Of a stretch of DNA of 64,000 bases, positions 58,745 through 64,000 are shown in pieces. The position numbers and the translations under genes were made by a program. Each line of letters starts with the position of its first letter. Within the stretch, counting starts at the first letter, position 1. Under the pieces are notes generated by a model, which ran no database searches, was not told the DNA's origin, and saw only the letters and a list, made by a program, of their open reading frames with translations. The stretch is from Squalus acanthias (lineage: Eukaryota). The stretch lies in NCBI GenBank assembly GCA_030390025.1, contig CM059431.1, positions 150,414,001-150,478,000 on the forward strand. Reading direction: 5' to 3'.

Positions 58745-61700
58745 CACTCAGTACTGCCCCTCCGACAGTGCAGCGCTTCCTCAGTATTGCCCATCTGACA
58801 GTGCTGCACTCCCTTATTGCGGAGGTTACGACAGTTCAGCGCACCCTCAGTACTGCCCCTCCGAGAGTGTAGAACCCTCTCAGTAATGGCACTCCTACAG
58901 TGCAGCGTTCGCTCAATATTTCCCCTGCGACAGTGCAGCGCTCCCTCAGTACTGCCTATCCGAAAGTGCAACGCTCCCTCAGTACTGCCCCTCCGACAGT
59001 GCAGCCCTCCCAGAGTGCTGCCTCTCGGACTGTGCAGCGCTCCCTCAGTACAACTCCTCCGACAGTGCAGCGCTGCCTCAGTACTGCACTTCGGACAGTG
59101 CAGCGCTCCCTCAGTGCTGCCACTCCGACAGTGCAGCGCTCCCTCAGTACTGACCCTCCAACAATGCATAGCTCCCTCAGTACTGACCCACCAACAGTGC
59201 AGAGCTCACTTTGTACTGCCCCTCTGACAGTGCAATGCTCCCTCAGCACTGCCAAACCGAAAGTGCCGCTCCCGCAGTACTGCCCCTCCGACAATGCAGC
59301 GCTCCCTCAGTACTGCGCCTACGACAGTGCAGCACTCCCTCAGTACTGCCTCCTCCGAGAGTGCCGTGTTCCCTCAGTACTGCCACTCCGAAAGTGCAGC
59401 GCTCCCTCAGTACTGACCCTCCGACAATGCATCGCCCAATCAGAACTGACCCACCAACAGTGCAGAGCTCCCTCAGTACTGCCCCACTGACAGTGCAGCG
59501 CTCCCTCAGTACTGCCCTTCCGACAGTGCAGCGCTCCCTCAGTACTGCCGCTCAGACAATGGCGCCCTCACTCATGTTCTCTCTAACAGTGCATCGCTCC
59601 CTCAGTGCTATCCCCTCTGAGAGTGCAGCGCTCCCTCAGTACAGCCCTTCTTACAGTGCAGTGCTTCCTCAGTGCTGCTCCTCCGACAGTGCAGCGCTCC
59701 CTCAGTACTGCCCGTACGACAGTGCAGAGCTCCCTCAGTACTGCCCGTACGACAGTGCAGCGCTCGCTCAGTACTGCCCCTCCGACAGTGCAACCCCATC
59801 TCAGTACTTCCCCTCCGACAGTGCAGCGCTCCCTCAGTACTTCCCCTCAGGCAATGGCTCCCTCCCTCAGTACTGCCCCTCCGAAGGTGCAGAGCTCCCA
59901 GAGTACTGCCCGTACGACAGTGCAGTGCTTGCTCAGTATGGCAATTCCGATAGTGCAGCCTTCCCTCAGCACTGACCCTGACAGTGCAGCGCTCCCTCAG
60001 AACGGCCCCAGCGACAGTGCAATGCTCCCTCAGTGATGCCCCTCCGAAAGTGTAGCGCTCCCTCAGTACTGCCCCTTCGACACTCCATAGCTCCCTCCAT
60101 ACCGCCCCTCTGAAAGTGTATTCTCCCTCAGTACTGGCCCTCCGAAAGTGCAGCGCTCCCTCAGTACTGCCCCCTCTGACAGTTCAGCACTACCTCAGTA
60201 CTGCCCTCCGACAGTGCAGCACTTCCTCAGTTATGACCCTCCGACAGTGCAGTACTACCTCAGTGCTGCCCCTCCGACAGTGCAGCGCTCCCTCAGTACT
60301 TTCCCTTCGACAGTGCAGCGCTCCCTCAGTACTGCCCCTCCGACAGTGCAGCGCTCCCTCAGTACTTTCCCTCCGACAGTGCAGCGCTCCCTCAGTACTG
60401 CCCCTCCGACAGTGCAGCGCTCCCTCAGTACTGCCCCTCCGACAGTGCAGCGGTCCCTCATTACTGCCCCTCAGACAATGGCGCCCTCACTCCTGTTCTC
60501 GCTAACAGTGCAGCGCTCCCTCAGTACTTTCCTTCCGACAGTGCAGTGCTCCCTCAGTACTGCCCCTCCGACAGTGCAGCGCTCGCTTAGGACTGCACCT
60601 CCGACAGTGCACTCCTCCCTCGGCACTGACCCTCCGGCAGTGCAGAGCTCCCTCAGTACCACCCCTCCGACAGTACAACGCTTCCTCAGAACGGCCCCAG
60701 CGAGAGTGTAGAGCTCCCTGAGTACTGCCCTTCCGAAGATGCAGCGCTCCCTCAGTGCTGCCCCTCCGACAGTGCAGCACTCCCTCAGTGCCACCCTTCC
60801 GACAGTGCGGAGCTCCCTCAATGCTGCCCCCTCTGACAGTGCAGTGCTTCCTCAGTACTGCCCCCTCTGACAGTTCAGCACTACCTCAGTACTGCCCCTC
60901 CGACAGTGCGCCACTTCCTCAGTTCTGTGACCCTCCGACAGTGCAGCACTACCTCAGTACTGCCCCTCCGACACTGCAGAGGTCCCTCAGTACTGCCCCT
61001 CCGACAGTGCAACGTTCGCTCAATAATTCCTCTGCGACAGTGCAGCACTCCCTTAGTAATGCCGAACTGACAGTGCAGCTCTCCCTCAGTGCTGCCCCTC
61101 CGACAGTGCAGCGCTCCTTCAGTACTGACCCTCCGACAGTGCAGCGCTCCCTCAGTACTGACCCTCTGACAGTGCAGCGCTCCCTCAGTACTGACCCTCT
61201 GACAATGCATCGCTCCCTCAGTGCTGCCCCTCCGAAAGTGTAGCGCTCCCTCAGTACTGCCCCTTCGACACTCCATCGCTCCCTCCATACCACCCCTCTG
61301 AAAGTGTATTCTCCCTCAGTACTGGCCCTCCGAAAGTGCAGTGCTCCCTCAGTGCTGCCCCCTCTGACAGTGTAGTGCTTCCTCAGTACTGCCCCTCCGA
61401 CAGTGCAGCACTCCGTCAGTACTGCCCCTCCGAAAGTGCAGCGCTCCCTCAGTACTGCCCTTTCAACGGTGCAGCGCTCCCTCAGTACTGCGCCTACTAG
61501 AGTGCAGCGCTCCCTCAGTACTGCCCCTCAGACAATGGCGCCCTCACTCATGTTCTCTCTAACAGTGCAGCGCTCCCTCAGTGCTATCCCCTCTGAGAGT
61601 GCAGCGCTCCCTCAGTACAGCCCTTCTGACAGTGCAGCGCTCTCTCAGTATAGCCCTTCTGACAGTGCAGCGCTCCCTCAGTACAGCCCCTCCGACAGTG

Positions 61701-64000
61701 CAGAGCTCCCTCAGTACTGTCCCTCTGACAGTGCAGCGCTCGCTCAGTACTGCCCCTCCGACAGTGCAACGCCAACTCAGTACTTCCCCTCCGACAGTGC
61801 AGCGCTCCCTCAGTACTGCCGCTCGACAGTGCAGTGCTCCCTCAGTACTTCCCCTCCGACAGTGCAGCGCTCCCTCAGTACTGACCCTCAGACAGTGCAG
61901 TGCTCCCTGAGAACGGCCCCAGCGACGGTGCAGCGCTCCCTGAGTACTGCCCCTCCAACGGTGCAGCGCTCCCTCAGTGCTGCCCCTCCGAAAGTGTAGC
62001 GCTCCCTCAGTACTGCCCCTTCGACACTCCATAGCTCCCTCCATACCGCCCATCTAAAAGTGTATTCTCACTCAGTACTGGCACTCTGAAAGTGCAGCGC
62101 TCCATCAGTACTGCCACCTCTGAAAGTTCAGCACTACCTCAGTACTGCCCCTCCGACATTGCAGCACTTCCTCAGTTCTGAACCTCCGACAGTGCAGCGC
62201 TCCCTCAGTACTGCCCCTCCGATAGTGCAGCGCTCTGTCAGTACTGCGCCTACGACAGTGCAGCGCTCCCTCAGTACTGCCCCTCAGACAATGGCACCCT
62301 CACTCAAGTTCTCTCTAACAGTGCAGCGGTCCCTCAGTACTTTCCCTCCGATAGTGCAGCGCTCCCTCAGTTTTGCCCCTCCGACAGTGCACTGCTCCCT
62401 CAGCACTGACCCTCCGGCAGTGCGGAGCTCCCTCAGTACCACCCCTCCGACAGCGCTGCGCTTCCTCAGAACGGCCCCAGCGAGAGTGCAGAGCTCCCTG
62501 AGTACTGCCCCTCCGACGGTGCAGCACTCCCTCAGTACTGCCCCCTCTGACAGTGCAGTGCTTCCTCAGTACTGCCCCCTCTGACAGTTCGGCACTACTT
62601 CAGTACTGCCCCTCCGACAGTGCGCCACTTCATCAGTTCTGTGACCCTCCAATAGTGCAGCGCACCCTCAATACTGCCCCTCCGACAGTATAGCGTTCCC
62701 GCAATATTTCCCCTCCGACAGCGCAATGCTCTCTCAGGACTGCCCCTCCGACAGTGTCGCCCTCCCACAGTGCTGCCCCTCTGACATTGCAGCGCTCCCT
62801 CAGTACAACTCCTCCGACAGTGCAGTGCTCCCTCAATACTGACCCTCTGACAATGCATCGCTCCCTCAGTACTGACTCTCCAACAGTGCAGAGATCCCTC
62901 AGTACTGCCCCTCTGACAGTGCAGCTCCCTCAGTACTGCCCCTCCGACAGTACAACACTCCCTCAGTACTGCGCCTACAAAAGTGCAGCACTCCCTCAGT
63001 ACTGCCTCCTCCGTGAGTGCCGTGTTCCCTCAGTAGTGCCACTCTGACAGTGCAGCGCTCCCTCAGTACTGACCCTCCGACAATGCATCGCTCAATCAGT
63101 ACTGACCCACCAACAGTGCAGAGCTCCCTCAGTACTGCCCCTCTGACAGTGCAGCGCTCCCTCAGTACTGCCTCTCCGAAAGTGCAGCGCTCCCTCAGTA
63201 CTGCCCTTCCGACAAGGCAGCGCTCCCTCAGTACTGCACCCACGACAGTGCAGCGCTCCCTCATTACTGCCCCTCAGACAATGGCACCCTCACCCATGTT
63301 CTCTCTAACAGTGCAGCGCTCCCTCAGTGCTATACCCTCTGAGAGTGCAGCGCTCCCTCAGTACAGCCCTTCTGATAGTGCAGCGCTTCCTCAGTACTGC
63401 ACATCCAACAGTGCAGCGCTCCCTCAGTACTGCCCCTCCGACAGTGCAGAGCTCCCTCAGTACTGCCCACACGACAGTGCAGCGCTCGCTCAGTACTGCC
63501 CCTCCGACAGTGCAATGCCATCTCAGTACTTCCCCTCCGACAGTGCAGCGCTCCCTCAGTACTGCCCCTCCGACAGTGCAGCGCTCCCTCAGTATTGCCC
63601 CTCCGACAGTGCAGAGCTCCCAGATTACTACCCATACGACAGTGCAGTGCTCGCTCAGTACAGCACTTCCGACAGTGGAGCGCTCCCTCAGCACTGATCC
63701 TCAGACAGTGCAGTGCTCCCTCAGAACGGCCCCAGCGACAGTGCAGCGCTCCCTGAGTACTGCCCCTCCGACGGGGCAGCGCTCCCTCAGTACTGCCCCT
63801 TCAACACTCCATAGCTCCCTCCATACCGCCCCTCTGAAGGTGTATTTTCCCTCAGTACTGGCCCTCTGAAAGTGCAGCGCTCCATCAGTACTGCCCCCTC
63901 TGACAGTGCAGTGCTTCCTCAGTACTGCCCCCTCTGAGAGTTCAGCACTACCTCAGTACTGCCCCTCCGACAGTGCAGCGTACCCTCAGTACTAGCCATC
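58745..64000 (-). repeat. >5-kb satellite of the 33-bp SINE-derived monomer with higher-order structure (runs off window)
   Basis: CAGTACTGCCCCTCCGACAGTGCAGCGCTCCCT monomers (reverse complement of the intronic arrays) with recurrent variant blocks. Confidence 0.93.

Noticed and set aside
58745..64000. CRISPR-like or mucin-like reading of the 33-bp repeats
   Set aside because: Monomers are contiguous with no unique spacers, there are no cas genes, the context is vertebrate, and the unit matches a SINE-internal motif.

Overview
Repeat-rich vertebrate DNA. The mix of CR1 LINEs, Deu-domain SINEs, an HE1/V-SINE and Penelope-like elements points to a cartilaginous fish (inference). The + strand carries the last 11 coding exons of OSBP (324-41100). 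All introns are GT-AG and phase-compatible, giving 556 aa plus stop, with coiled coil, FFAT motif, EQVSHHPP ORD signature and a CPDIF C-terminus. The PH-domain exons must lie upstream of the window. Introns and the 3' flank are filled with nested CR1 fragments, one young 2.2-kb CR1 with an uninterrupted RT frame, SINEs, a solo LTR, and many intron-specific minisatellites, several of them amplified from pieces of SINEs or LINE 3' ends. The most notable items are: (i) three fold-back Penelope-like insertions with 12-17 bp target duplications whose inverted arms carry minimal hammerhead ribozymes; (ii) a >5-kb SINE-derived satellite with higher-order structure; (iii) a phase-consistent chain of small exons of an unidentified gene downstream of OSBP, including a tandemly duplicated 47-bp exon. 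Most long ORFs in the supplied track are translations of tandem repeats. TE fragment boundaries are approximate and family names come from recognition, not a database search.
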